Positions 1-8,677 of a DNA stretch of 54,154 nt are shown piece by piece. The notes under the pieces were generated by a model. That model searched no databases, had not been told where the DNA came from, and saw nothing but the letters and a program-made list of their open reading frames with translations. The translations under genes were made by a program, and so were the position numbers. This DNA comes from a virus (Duplodnaviria; Caudoviricetes). The stretch spans positions 1 through 54,154 of the IMG/VR virus record IMGVR_UViG_3300042889_000421; one strand, 5' to 3'. Each line of letters starts with the position of its first letter. Within the stretch, counting starts at the first letter, position 1.

Positions 1-4
1 TGTT

Positions 5-196
5 ATGAAGATGTCCGTATTGACAGAATTCAAAGAAAGCAATCCTATGTTAGAACTGGTTATATCTGGAGGTGCACTTTGTCGTTCTATCAATCTCGGA
101 AATGGTATTAACAAAGATGGAGGATTTAAAGACGTTTTAAAACGCATACATCAGAGAACTCCTGGGTCGGTCTTAGATAAGACGACTGTTATTTAA
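5..196 (+). CDS. Small protein upstream of phoH, probably the 3' part of an FmdB-like zinc-ribbon regulator (5' end likely outside the window)
   Basis: C-terminal DGGFKDVLKRIHQRTPGS resembles the small gene that precedes phoH in T4-like phages; lies at window edge. Confidence 0.5.
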   Translation: MKMSVLTEFKESNPMLELVISGGALCRSINLGNGINKDGGFKDVLKRIHQRTPGSVLDKTTVI

Positions 197-215
197 TCCT
201 TATAAGGAAATATAA

Positions 216-989
216 ATGGCTCGCAAACCAAAAATAGTTGATACACACTTTGAAGATTTATCGAAATATAACCAAGCAGCTAATGATAAAATCATTCAAG
301 GTGTCCAATCAAATAGACTAAAAATGCGTATTGAAGACCTAAAAACATTCGCACCACTAACTGAGAATCAAGGACTGTTCTTTAATTCTTATAAAGTGGG
401 TGAATATTTTATGATGCTGTCTGGCAGTGCAGGAACAGGTAAATCGTTTATTGCACTTTACAAAAGTTTGGAAGAAGTAATGGACAAAGGTAATTCCTTT
501 AATCAAGTTTTGATTGTCCGTTCTGCTGTCCAAACAAGGGATGTTGGATTCCTCAAGGGTTCTCTTGAAGAAAAAACATCTTTGTACGAAGAACCTTATG
601 TTCAAATTTGTGCTACTCTGTTTGGTAAGAAAGATGCTTACCAACGCCTAAAAGAACAAGGTTATATTGAGTTTACAACAACAACTGCTATGAGGGGAAT
701 GAGTTTTGACAATTGCGTAGTTATACTAGACGAGTGCCAAAATTGTACGTTCCAGGAGTTGGACACTGTAATAACTAGAATAGGTCATCAATCAAAGATT
801 ATGTTTGTTGGTGATACTGGACAAAATGATTTACAAAAGAAATCTTCAGAAGTCTCTGGAATGCCAGACTTTATTAAAATTGCAACTTCAATGAATGAGT
901 TCTGCCGTATCCATTTTACCAGTGCTGATATTGTTAGGTCGAGTTTGGTCAAACAATATATTATAGCAAAAGAAACTTTAGGTTATTAA
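216..989 (+). CDS. phoH: PhoH-family ATPase
   Basis: Walker A GSAGTGKS, RDVGFLKG, MRGMSF, Walker B ILDECQN, VITRIG, GDxxQxD motifs. Confidence 0.95.
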   Translation: MARKPKIVDTHFEDLSKYNQAANDKIIQGVQSNRLKMRIEDLKTFAPLTENQGLFFNSYKVGEYFMMLSGSAGTGKSFIALYKSLEEVMDKGNSFNQVLIVRSAVQTRDVGFLKGSLEEKTSLYEEPYVQICATLFGKKDAYQRLKEQGYIEFTTTTAMRGMSFDNCVVILDECQNCTFQELDTVITRIGHQSKIMFVGDTGQNDLQKKSSEVSGMPDFIKIATSMNEFCRIHFTSADIVRSSLVKQYIIAKETLGY

Positions 990-996
990 TCTCAAC

Positions 997-1029
997 AAAC
1001 CCATCTTAATCGGTGGGTTTACTTTTTTT
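997..1029 (+). terminator. Intrinsic terminator after phoH
   Basis: AAACCCATC / GGTGGGTTT stem followed by a T-tract. Confidence 0.8.
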
Positions 1030-1046
1030 ACTTTCAAAAGTAAATC

Positions 1047-1075
1047 TTTACAATTCTATAAATCTATAGTACAAT
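1047..1075 (+). promoter_or_regulatory. Sigma70-like promoter
   Basis: TTTACA-N17-TACAAT upstream of ORF 1121. Confidence 0.55.
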
Positions 1076-1120
1076 ACATAATAGTGAATCAATACAATAA
1101 TAAGATAAAGGGGAGGTGTT

Positions 1121-1456
1121 ATGAGTTCAAGATTTATGTCAGCATACGAAAAGGTTTTAAATTATAGAGATGATTTAGGTTTAGCGATAGTTACAGATGT
1201 CAATTATGCTATTGATGATTTGATATTTTCACACAAATGGTTAAACCATCAGTTCACACATCTAATGAAGTTTGTAGGTAGACTTCAGGAACAAAATGTA
1301 TTAGAAATTATGGATGCAGGTAGTTTTGATATATTTGAATTGTTCAAATCAATAGATAAAGTCTTACTACACAGAGAAGCAATGTTAAGAGTTATCAAGA
1401 ACTTCAAACTTGAAGAAGAATATGAAAAGGAACTTAAAGAACTATTAGAAGAATAA
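1121..1456 (+). CDS. Hypothetical protein
   Basis: 111-aa ORF with strong GGAGGT ribosome-binding site. Confidence 0.75.
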   Translation: MSSRFMSAYEKVLNYRDDLGLAIVTDVNYAIDDLIFSHKWLNHQFTHLMKFVGRLQEQNVLEIMDAGSFDIFELFKSIDKVLLHREAMLRVIKNFKLEEEYEKELKELLEE

Positions 1457-1463
1457 AAAAGTA

Positions 1464-1491
1464 TTGACAAGGATGTCAAATCAAGTATAAT
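1464..1491 (+). promoter_or_regulatory. Early sigma70-type promoter with a palindrome over the -35
   Basis: TTGACA-N16-TATAAT; TTGACA-AGGA-TGTCAA inverted repeat; A-tract upstream. Confidence 0.85.
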
Positions 1492-1533
1492 ACTTACATC
1501 GGTTCAACTTCTGAACCATTTAGGAATTATATC

Positions 1534-1980
1534 ATGACTACAATATCAAACCCAATGATCCAAAAACTTTTGACCAAGAAAGGTCAAATTGCCACTATGA
1601 CTACTGAAAGACCTATGAAGGTTCGTAAGGGTCAATCATCAATAATCAAAACATCTACATTCCAAACTAGAATTGGTGTTGATTACAACAACTTGAAATC
1701 TGTTAAAGAGAAACGTGAAACTGGTGTTCTATCTGCCATACCTAAAGAACTTCCTTATGGTAAATGGTTGGTGTTTCCTTACATCATTGAAACAGAAACT
1801 GATTTTCAAGTTAGATGTTCAAAATTCTCCAGTAATTTCAAATCCAGAACTGTTTATAAAAGAGCTGGTGTAGAGATTTCAAAAGATGAAGCAGAGATTG
1901 CATGTTTAGCATCTGAGTTCAAAGAGAATACTTCAGAAGTGTTCAATATCAAAATCAGTTCAATATTGGATGTGAAATAG
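1534..1980 (+). CDS. Hypothetical early phage protein
   Basis: 148-aa ORF, AGGA RBS, directly behind a promoter. Confidence 0.8.
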   Translation: MTTISNPMIQKLLTKKGQIATMTTERPMKVRKGQSSIIKTSTFQTRIGVDYNNLKSVKEKRETGVLSAIPKELPYGKWLVFPYIIETETDFQVRCSKFSSNFKSRTVYKRAGVEISKDEAEIACLASEFKENTSEVFNIKISSILDVK

Positions 1981-1988
1981 GGGGGAGT

Positions 1989-2699
1989 ATGACTAAAGAA
2001 GAGAAACAGAAATATAATAAGGCATACCAAGAATCTAATGCTGTTAAGTTAAAAGAATATCGTGAAGCTAATAAGGACAACAAGAGGCTTCAGAATAAGG
2101 AATATCGTGAAGCTAATAAGGATAAAATAAAGGAATATCGTGAAGCTAATAGGGAATATCAAAAGGGATATCGTGAAGCTAATAAGGATTATCAAAAGGA
2201 ATATTATGAGGCTAATAAGGATAAGATATTAGCATATAAAAAGAAATATTGTGAAGCTAATAAGGTCAAAATAAAGGATTATAAAAAGGCATACCGAGAA
2301 TCTAATGCTGATAAGTTAACTTATCAGCAAAAAGAATATTGTAAAAACAGGAGAGCTACCGACTACTTATTCAAGATAAAGGGCAATATTCGTACATTGA
2401 TAGCAAATGGAATGCGTAATAAAGGGTATAAAAAAACATCAAGAACTGCAGAAATTTTGGGTTGTTCTTTTGAAGAGTTTAAAGTACACATAGAACAGCA
2501 ATTCCCAAGGGATATGACTTGGGATAATGCTGGACTATGGCATTATGATCATATTAAACCATTAGCTTCTGCATCTAATTTGGAAGAATTATTAGAGCTA
2601 AATCATTACACTAATTTTCAACCACTTTGGGGTGAGGACAACCTAGAAAAGTCTGATAATCCTAACTGGATAAAATGTCCGATAAAATATGCAAAATAA
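1989..2699 (+). CDS. HNH endonuclease with N-terminal charged 11-aa repeats (possible homing endonuclease)
   Basis: WHYDHIKPL...LNHYTNFQPLW..DNLEKSD motif; EYREANKD repeats. Confidence 0.8.
   Translation: MTKEEKQKYNKAYQESNAVKLKEYREANKDNKRLQNKEYREANKDKIKEYREANREYQKGYREANKDYQKEYYEANKDKILAYKKKYCEANKVKIKDYKKAYRESNADKLTYQQKEYCKNRRATDYLFKIKGNIRTLIANGMRNKGYKKTSRTAEILGCSFEEFKVHIEQQFPRDMTWDNAGLWHYDHIKPLASASNLEELLELNHYTNFQPLWGEDNLEKSDNPNWIKCPIKYAK
2054..2265 (+). repeat. Imperfect coding repeats (GAATATCGTGAAGCTAATAAGG core) in the HNH gene
   Basis: About six copies encoding [KE]Y[RYC]EAN[KR]. Confidence 0.75.
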
Positions 2700-2700
2700 G

Positions 2701-2728
2701 TTGACATTAAATTTCACTTCTGTATAAT
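2701..2728 (+). promoter_or_regulatory. Early sigma70-type promoter
   Basis: TTGACA-N16-TATAAT. Confidence 0.85.
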
Positions 2729-2772
2729 TATTTCATCGGAGCAATTTTGCTTCATCTGATTAGGAATTTAAC

Positions 2773-3537
2773 ATGTTTTCAGCTAAATTAATTATCTCAA
2801 CTGGTCGTACTAATGCTATGTTCACATTGCGTGAAACATATCAATCATACAAACATAAAGAAGTTTCTATTAGTTCGGTACATTTGGTTAATCTTTCTAC
2901 AAACCCAGATGAAGCATTTGAAAAAGCTACAGCATGGTCTAAAGCTTCGGGTATGGAACTACACACAACTAGACATGATATAGATGATCAACTGCGTGAA
3001 ATTGAACGTATGTTGGGCGGTATGTCAATGGCAGAAAAGAAAGCATTAGCAAACGCTGAACGTCAAGCAGTGAAAGATGCTCAATGGGATGAATACTTAC
3101 ATGAATGTTTAGCAAAGGGTGTATATCCATTTGGTCCACATAAAGCAATGAAATTTGCTGATGCTCCACGCTCTTATATCACATGGGTTCTTACTACAGA
3201 ATATGAAGTAGACTCAAGAATGTGGCATGTCCAAGAAGCTGTTAAACCAGTTTGTTCAAATTTAGTATTACCAACACCAGATCCGGATATGATTGCTGGT
3301 ACTGTTGGTAAAAGAGAAGCATTTCAAGTTCAAATAATCAGAGTTGCTGGGTATTCATCACAATTTGGTTGGGTTAATGTAATCACTATGATCAATGAGT
3401 TTGGAGCGTGTTTAGTCTCTAAGGGTGCATTTTGTGCAGAAGTTGGGGAGTTCTTAAACATTAAAGGAACTGTTAAGGAACACACAATGTATAAACAACA
3501 AGTCCAAACAGTAGTTCAAAGAATTGCTGTAATTTAA
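2773..3537 (+). CDS. Hypothetical protein with a PFGxH...PxSYIxW module and a probable C-terminal OB-fold
   Basis: YPFGPHKAMKFADAPRSYITW; C-terminal IKGTVKEHTMYK..QTVVQR beta pattern. Confidence 0.6.
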   Translation: MFSAKLIISTGRTNAMFTLRETYQSYKHKEVSISSVHLVNLSTNPDEAFEKATAWSKASGMELHTTRHDIDDQLREIERMLGGMSMAEKKALANAERQAVKDAQWDEYLHECLAKGVYPFGPHKAMKFADAPRSYITWVLTTEYEVDSRMWHVQEAVKPVCSNLVLPTPDPDMIAGTVGKREAFQVQIIRVAGYSSQFGWVNVITMINEFGACLVSKGAFCAEVGEFLNIKGTVKEHTMYKQQVQTVVQRIAVI

Positions 3538-3548
3538 TAAAAAAAGTG

Positions 3549-3576
3549 TTGACAAGGATGTCAGTTGCTTTATAAT
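3549..3576 (+). promoter_or_regulatory. Early sigma70-type promoter sharing the TGACAAGGATGTCA palindrome with the promoter at 1464
   Basis: TTGACA-N16-TATAAT. Confidence 0.85.
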
Positions 3577-3606
3577 AGAACCATCTTAACCAAACCGAGA
3601 AATAAA

Positions 3607-3855
3607 ATGAAATATTCAACTGCTACTAAAATCATTGAAAGAATGAGAGCTGGAGAACAAGTCAAACTGAGAAAATCTAGAAATGGTGGAATATCTTCTA
3701 CCACTTGGTGCTTTCTGTGTGATGTTTTATTTTATGAAGGCATTCTTCAAGTTGGTTATGATTATTTACAATCATTTAGTAACAAGATCACTGTTTATTA
3801 TTATGATGATCGTGGTAACAAAATAATTTTAAGCAATACCGTTAGTTTATATTAA
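3607..3855 (+). CDS. Hypothetical protein
   Basis: Start moved to ATG 3607 because the track start (3565) lies inside the promoter. Confidence 0.7.
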   Translation: MKYSTATKIIERMRAGEQVKLRKSRNGGISSTTWCFLCDVLFYEGILQVGYDYLQSFSNKITVYYYDDRGNKIILSNTVSLY

Positions 3856-3868
3856 GAGGATTTATATT

Positions 3869-4192
3869 ATGACATGTTCAATCGGTTCAATAGGTACTTA
3901 CCAGTTCAATTCAAACTTACCATTATTGGAAGAAACATTAGGTTATCCAGAAGATAGCATAGTTGATGTTTGGTTCAATGTTGAAGTCTTTACATCAGGT
4001 GAAAACAGACCATCATGGGGTTATGAGCCACCAGAATTTGAAGATCTTGAGGATGTTAATCTTTTATCAATAGATGTTGAACTAGCAGATAAAACAGTTC
4101 ATATTGCCGATCAAAGTGTCATTGATATGATGCGAGGTTTTCTTCCAGAAGAAGATCAATACTATTGGGATATCGTTGAGGAGGCATCATGA
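3869..4192 (+). CDS. Hypothetical acidic protein
   Basis: GAGGA RBS; ATGA overlap with next ORF. Confidence 0.75.
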   Translation: MTCSIGSIGTYQFNSNLPLLEETLGYPEDSIVDVWFNVEVFTSGENRPSWGYEPPEFEDLEDVNLLSIDVELADKTVHIADQSVIDMMRGFLPEEDQYYWDIVEEAS

Positions 4193-4452
4193 AAGTTTAT
4201 ACAATAATGGATGCAGATAATTTTGACCATGAGCCTCTAGCAATATTTACAGATTTAGAAGAAGCTATTAAATCTGTGACTATACCAAATAAAACATGGA
4301 AAAGTTTTGAATATATAGATACTTCAACCTACATAGAAATATGGGAACATTCCTGCAACACCTATTTTACTAAAAGCAAAATGGTCTGGTCATGTACCTT
4401 TGAAGATATAGCAGACTATCCAGAAATAACTTGGGTAAAAACTATTCTCTGA
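4189..4452 (+). CDS. Hypothetical protein
   Basis: GAGG RBS, translational coupling. Confidence 0.75.
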   Translation: MKVYTIMDADNFDHEPLAIFTDLEEAIKSVTIPNKTWKSFEYIDTSTYIEIWEHSCNTYFTKSKMVWSCTFEDIADYPEITWVKTIL

Positions 4453-4461
4453 GGTGTTAAT

Positions 4462-4926
4462 ATGGCAGAAAAATTATTAAAACAACGGATAATTGAAAGA
4501 TCAATATCTAATAATTGGGAAGATGCAGTTAAAGAATGGGTAGTACATAAGATGTACATGGGTGTTGAAACTTGTACATGTGGTAAAAAAAATATTAATC
4601 GTGTTTGTATTATACGAAACTCTGGCACAAAACGGGCAGTTAAAGTAGGTAGTTCGTGTGTGCATAAGTTCATGTACATACCTACACAAACAGTATTTAA
4701 TAATATTATTAAATTACAATCAGATAAGTTGTTTTTAGTTAAAGAATGTACCTTACAGATTGCGCTTGATTCAAAGGCAATAACACAATGGGATTTTGAC
4801 TTCTACTTATCTGCCTATAAATTTAAGAGGAAATCACCAAAACAAGAAGCATTACTACTAAAGATTAATCATAAACTGGAAACTTTAGTCGGACTGTCAA
4901 AGGTTTCAATAGAGGAGGCAGCATGA
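4462..4926 (+). CDS. Hypothetical protein with a putative metal-binding CxCG...GSSC motif
   Basis: ETCTCGKKNI...VGSSCV; GAGGT RBS. Confidence 0.7.
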   Translation: MAEKLLKQRIIERSISNNWEDAVKEWVVHKMYMGVETCTCGKKNINRVCIIRNSGTKRAVKVGSSCVHKFMYIPTQTVFNNIIKLQSDKLFLVKECTLQIALDSKAITQWDFDFYLSAYKFKRKSPKQEALLLKINHKLETLVGLSKVSIEEAA

Positions 4927-5165
4927 ATCGGGAACCTATATCGGAAGTAACAATAGTAAAGCTAACCACAAGAGAACTATCAAACAATTATATTAGAGCA
5001 AACTTTACTGGTCGTAGTGTGTCTTCGTGTATCGCAAAAAAGGTATGTATTAGTTGTCATAAAGGATTTAATAAAAAAAAGGGTAGAATGCGAGAAGAAT
5101 TATCTAGTGTTATGTTGGAGGGCGGCATTCCTTGTTATGAGTGTACAAAATGTTTTAGTAAATAA
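4923..5165 (+). CDS. Small Cys-rich, putative zinc-finger protein
   Basis: CISC and CYECTKC motifs; ATGA overlap. Confidence 0.6.
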   Translation: MNREPISEVTIVKLTTRELSNNYIRANFTGRSVSSCIAKKVCISCHKGFNKKKGRMREELSSVMLEGGIPCYECTKCFSK

Positions 5166-5168
5166 GAA

Positions 5169-5196
5169 TTGACATCTCAAACCAGTTTTGTATAAT
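5169..5196 (+). promoter_or_regulatory. Early sigma70-type promoter
   Basis: TTGACA-N16-TATAAT. Confidence 0.85.
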
Positions 5197-5225
5197 AGCT
5201 ACACATTAACCCATTAGGATTTATC

Positions 5226-5432
5226 ATGTACAAACAAAACTGGTTTCCAACTCTTAACGCAGCTTTAGAATCAGAAGATTTGATTGGTTTCTGGGAGTTG
5301 GGTTCAAATGTTTCATATGGACAGAATGTTAGATTCACTACCGAATGTGGTAAACATATCTCTGTATACCGAGAAAATGATGGTAGATATGAAAGACCAA
5401 TTCACTATCAAACTAAACAGGTAAAAAAATGA
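5226..5432 (+). CDS. Hypothetical early protein
   Basis: 68 aa, TAGGA RBS, behind a promoter. Confidence 0.75.
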   Translation: MYKQNWFPTLNAALESEDLIGFWELGSNVSYGQNVRFTTECGKHISVYRENDGRYERPIHYQTKQVKK

Positions 5433-5581
5433 AAAGATATAAGTTTTACTACTTTGAGCTTGCTAATCGTAAGAAATTCCATATTGCAGAAATCGTTTAT
5501 ACAAATAAAGAAACTGCTACAAAGATGTTCTTTGATAAGTATCCCGAAACAGAATATCTTATGTTTGCGGTGGAGGGTTGA
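5429..5581 (+). CDS. Hypothetical 50-aa protein (not in the ORF track)
   Basis: ATGA overlap with previous stop; MKRYKFYYFELANRKKFHIAEIVYTNKETATKMFFDKYPETEYLMFAVEG. Confidence 0.6.
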   Translation: MKRYKFYYFELANRKKFHIAEIVYTNKETATKMFFDKYPETEYLMFAVEG

Positions 5582-5605
5582 TGTGTGAGGTGATATGTTA
5601 ATTAT

Positions 5606-5613
5606 GATAAATA
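5606..5613 (+). promoter_or_regulatory. T4-type late promoter variant
   Basis: GATAAATA (consensus TATAAATA) about 28 nt upstream of ORF 5641. Confidence 0.55.
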
Positions 5614-5640
5614 GTATGATACTATACAAAAGGATTAATC

Positions 5641-7674
5641 ATGAAATCATTCAAACAATTTTTACTAGATTCTCTAAATGACAAACAAAAAGAAAAGTTA
5701 GGTATATATTGGGATAATACCCCTAGAACAGCTGCCAAAGAATTATCTAAGCATGTCCTTCCTAATGATGGTGGGGGTAGTATTAATGTACCTCTTTCTG
5801 TAGATACTAAAGAAGATGTTAAACATCATTTAGAAAAGCATGGATTTGAACTTTCTAATTATTCGGAAGGTAAAGCAAAAGACAAACATGGAAGAGAAGT
5901 TTCTATTGGTTCTGTTTTAAAGTCCCCCAAAACTGCAGCACCAGATACCTTAGTTAAGGGTTTTGAGAATGATGACAGAAGTTCAAATATAACAAAAGAT
6001 ACACATCATATTTTATTCTCTAATATACCCGTACATATTGGGGAAGTTTCAACCAACAAAAAATGGAACTCTTGTGCTGGTTTAACACCCGCAGGAAGAT
6101 TCACTCCATTCGGTGGCGGTGCTGCTGCTAAACAAATTCCTGATGCAATTAAAGCTGGTTCTCATGTTGCATATCTAATGCCAAAAGACAAGCATGATGC
6201 TAATGATGCTGCTGCTAGAATTCTGCTACATCCCTATCATTCATATGGTAAAAATGGTGCTATTGAACATTCTGTTCTGATGCCAGAAAGAAAAGTATAT
6301 TCTGCTTCTGGTGGTAAGAATTCAGACTTTCATAATTCTCTAGAGAAGTTTGCACGAGAAAAATATCCAATGCAAGAAGGTAAGATATACAAAAAAGATC
6401 CTTCTGTTTATGATGATGATGGTCAAAGAATTAGATTCAATACCTCTCCAAATTCTGTAAAGAAAATCTTAACAGGTGGATGGAAAGAGGGTATGACACA
6501 TCTATCAAAAGAGGCGGCAATGCAAGCAGTTCAATTACCAGCTGCAAGTATAACTGCTGTATTAAATCATCCTAGAACACAAGAAAATTGGGAAGGGGTT
6601 GAAGAAGGTCATCAAGCAATTGCTAGTCATCAAAAATTAACAGATGCACATGTGGACAAACTGTTAGAATTAGGTAGAGGCACACATCTTGCAGGTAATA
6701 AAAAATTAACCAAAACTCAAGTTGGGAAAATTGCTAATTATAGACCTGAAAGATTTACGGGAGAATCTGATTCTGAAAAAGAAGTTTCTGATATGGCAAA
6801 TGATGCACAAGACAGAGAAACAATCAAAACACATGTGACATTAATTAGAACTCATGCTGATAAGATTAAACCAGAACACGTTAAAACGATGATTAGTCAT
6901 CCTGCTATAACTGCTTCTAATTTGGAAACGGTAGCTAGAAATACCAGTAACCCAGAAGTGCAAAAAGCAATCTTAGAGCACCCAAAAACTGATTCTGGTG
7001 CTCTTTGGAATATTGCTAGAGCTACTAAAAATCCAGAATTTCATAAAGCAATTTTGAATCATCCTAAAGTAGATGCTGATGCTATCGGAGAAGTTGCTAG
7101 AAATTCTACTGATCCTGAGAACCAAAAGGAAATTTTAACTAAAAAGGATGAAGATGGGCGGATTCGTTCAGCAGACAGGAGTGCTCTTAGGGCTATTGCT
7201 GAAAACACTACTGATTCTGAGATGCATAAAGCAGTTTTGAAACATCCTAATGCAGATGACTCTACACTTAGAGCTGTTGCTGAACATACTACTGATCCTG
7301 AGATTCATAAAGCAATTTTAAATCACCATCTTGATGTGGGTTCTAATGTTCTTCATACAATTGCAACACATAGTACTGATCCAGAAATCCATAAAGCTAT
7401 CGTGAAACTACCACAAACAATGAATTCTACTCTTGATACTGTTGCTAGATATTCCAATGATCCTGAAGTTCATAAAGCAATTGTGAATCACCCCATCGTA
7501 AGTAGTGCCGTTCTTGATACTGTTGCAAATCGTTCTAAAAATCCAGAAGTTCATAAAGCAATTATGAACCACCCTAAAGTTTCAGCAGATGTTCTTCATA
7601 CAATTTATAAAAGCACTGATAACCCAGAAATAGATAAGGCAGTACATGACCACCCCAAATGGAAATCATTATGA
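5641..7674 (+). CDS. Putative internal head protein: targeting peptide + WxSC domain + ~25-aa helical HPK repeats
   Basis: Starts MKSFKQFLL; KKWNSCA; about ten PE[IV]HKAI[LV]xHP repeats. Confidence 0.7.
   Translation: MKSFKQFLLDSLNDKQKEKLGIYWDNTPRTAAKELSKHVLPNDGGGSINVPLSVDTKEDVKHHLEKHGFELSNYSEGKAKDKHGREVSIGSVLKSPKTAAPDTLVKGFENDDRSSNITKDTHHILFSNIPVHIGEVSTNKKWNSCAGLTPAGRFTPFGGGAAAKQIPDAIKAGSHVAYLMPKDKHDANDAAARILLHPYHSYGKNGAIEHSVLMPERKVYSASGGKNSDFHNSLEKFAREKYPMQEGKIYKKDPSVYDDDGQRIRFNTSPNSVKKILTGGWKEGMTHLSKEAAMQAVQLPAASITAVLNHPRTQENWEGVEEGHQAIASHQKLTDAHVDKLLELGRGTHLAGNKKLTKTQVGKIANYRPERFTGESDSEKEVSDMANDAQDRETIKTHVTLIRTHADKIKPEHVKTMISHPAITASNLETVARNTSNPEVQKAILEHPKTDSGALWNIARATKNPEFHKAILNHPKVDADAIGEVARNSTDPENQKEILTKKDEDGRIRSADRSALRAIAENTTDSEMHKAVLKHPNADDSTLRAVAEHTTDPEIHKAILNHHLDVGSNVLHTIATHSTDPEIHKAIVKLPQTMNSTLDTVARYSNDPEVHKAIVNHPIVSSAVLDTVANRSKNPEVHKAIMNHPKVSADVLHTIYKSTDNPEIDKAVHDHPKWKSL
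6875..7665 (+). repeat. ~75-bp coding repeats (HPK repeat)
   Basis: Recurrent ATCC[AT]GAA[AG]TTCATAAAGCAATT-like units. Confidence 0.8.
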
Positions 7675-8387
7675 AAACATTCAAAGAATTTAACGCATTA
7701 ACAGAAGAGATATTAATAGAACAAATTTTATCTATTGATGAAGACCTATTAACAGAAGCAGTTGGTAATATCATTGATGCTAAAGACCATCATCTGTATC
7801 AAAAAAGAAGTGTTGAGGACTTAGGGTTACGTTCACCAGATGAAGTACAAAATGCTTTAGCAGGTGATGCTACTTCTGTAAAGATTATGAACAAAGGACA
7901 TATTCCCAAAAGTGGTGATTTGGTTGGAGCAAGATTGAATATTAATGTATTAAATAATACTGGTATACCAGTTTTAACTATGCATAAAGCAACTAATAAA
8001 TCTAACTACAAACGTGGTCAAGGATTCTATAAAGGCGAAGCACAATCCTATCAACAAGTTGCTACTCTTAAAGATGCACAATTTAATGTACATCAAGCAG
8101 GAAGAGAAGCTATTGCATCTGGAAAGATGAACAAGCATCCAATGGCATCAGTTGATGGAAATTTTGTACCAACCGATAAACCAAATTTTGATGGTGTTGA
8201 AGTTAGATTTAATCCTAAAGCACATCATCTATTTGTTGATGCTAATAATAATGCTATTAAATCAGCAGAAGATGTAACTTTATATGGACATCGTGCATAT
8301 TTAAGAGGTAAGATAGAATATCACACACCAGAAACGGCTCCAAAGAAAGTTGGGGGTGCTCCTTCTCAAACTAAATTTTTAGGTTAA
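7671..8387 (+). CDS. Putative internal head protein
   Basis: True start MKTFKEF at 7671 (ATGA overlap). Confidence 0.7.
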   Translation: MKTFKEFNALTEEILIEQILSIDEDLLTEAVGNIIDAKDHHLYQKRSVEDLGLRSPDEVQNALAGDATSVKIMNKGHIPKSGDLVGARLNINVLNNTGIPVLTMHKATNKSNYKRGQGFYKGEAQSYQQVATLKDAQFNVHQAGREAIASGKMNKHPMASVDGNFVPTDKPNFDGVEVRFNPKAHHLFVDANNNAIKSAEDVTLYGHRAYLRGKIEYHTPETAPKKVGGAPSQTKFLG

Positions 8388-8388
8388 C

Positions 8389-8676
8389 ATGAAATCATTT
8401 AAAGAACTATTAGAAGAGATTGGTACCGGAAAGTATATGCATTGTAACATATCATTACTAACTAATAAAACTTGGCATAAAAATCAAGATAGTGGACATG
8501 AGTGGTCAACAGAAACTCCACAAACTAGTAAATATGGCTCTACAACATATCAAGTAACTGGTGGTAAATTAGGTCAACGTATTTTTAAAACTATTGATAA
8601 TGCAAAGAAAGCAATTGAATTTGATCATGAAGTTCAATTTGGTAAATTTGCTAATCTAAAACCAAGTAAAGATTGA
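8389..8676 (+). CDS. Putative small internal head protein
   Basis: Starts MKSFKELLEE. Confidence 0.7.
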   Translation: MKSFKELLEEIGTGKYMHCNISLLTNKTWHKNQDSGHEWSTETPQTSKYGSTTYQVTGGKLGQRIFKTIDNAKKAIEFDHEVQFGKFANLKPSKD

Positions 8677-8677
8677 T

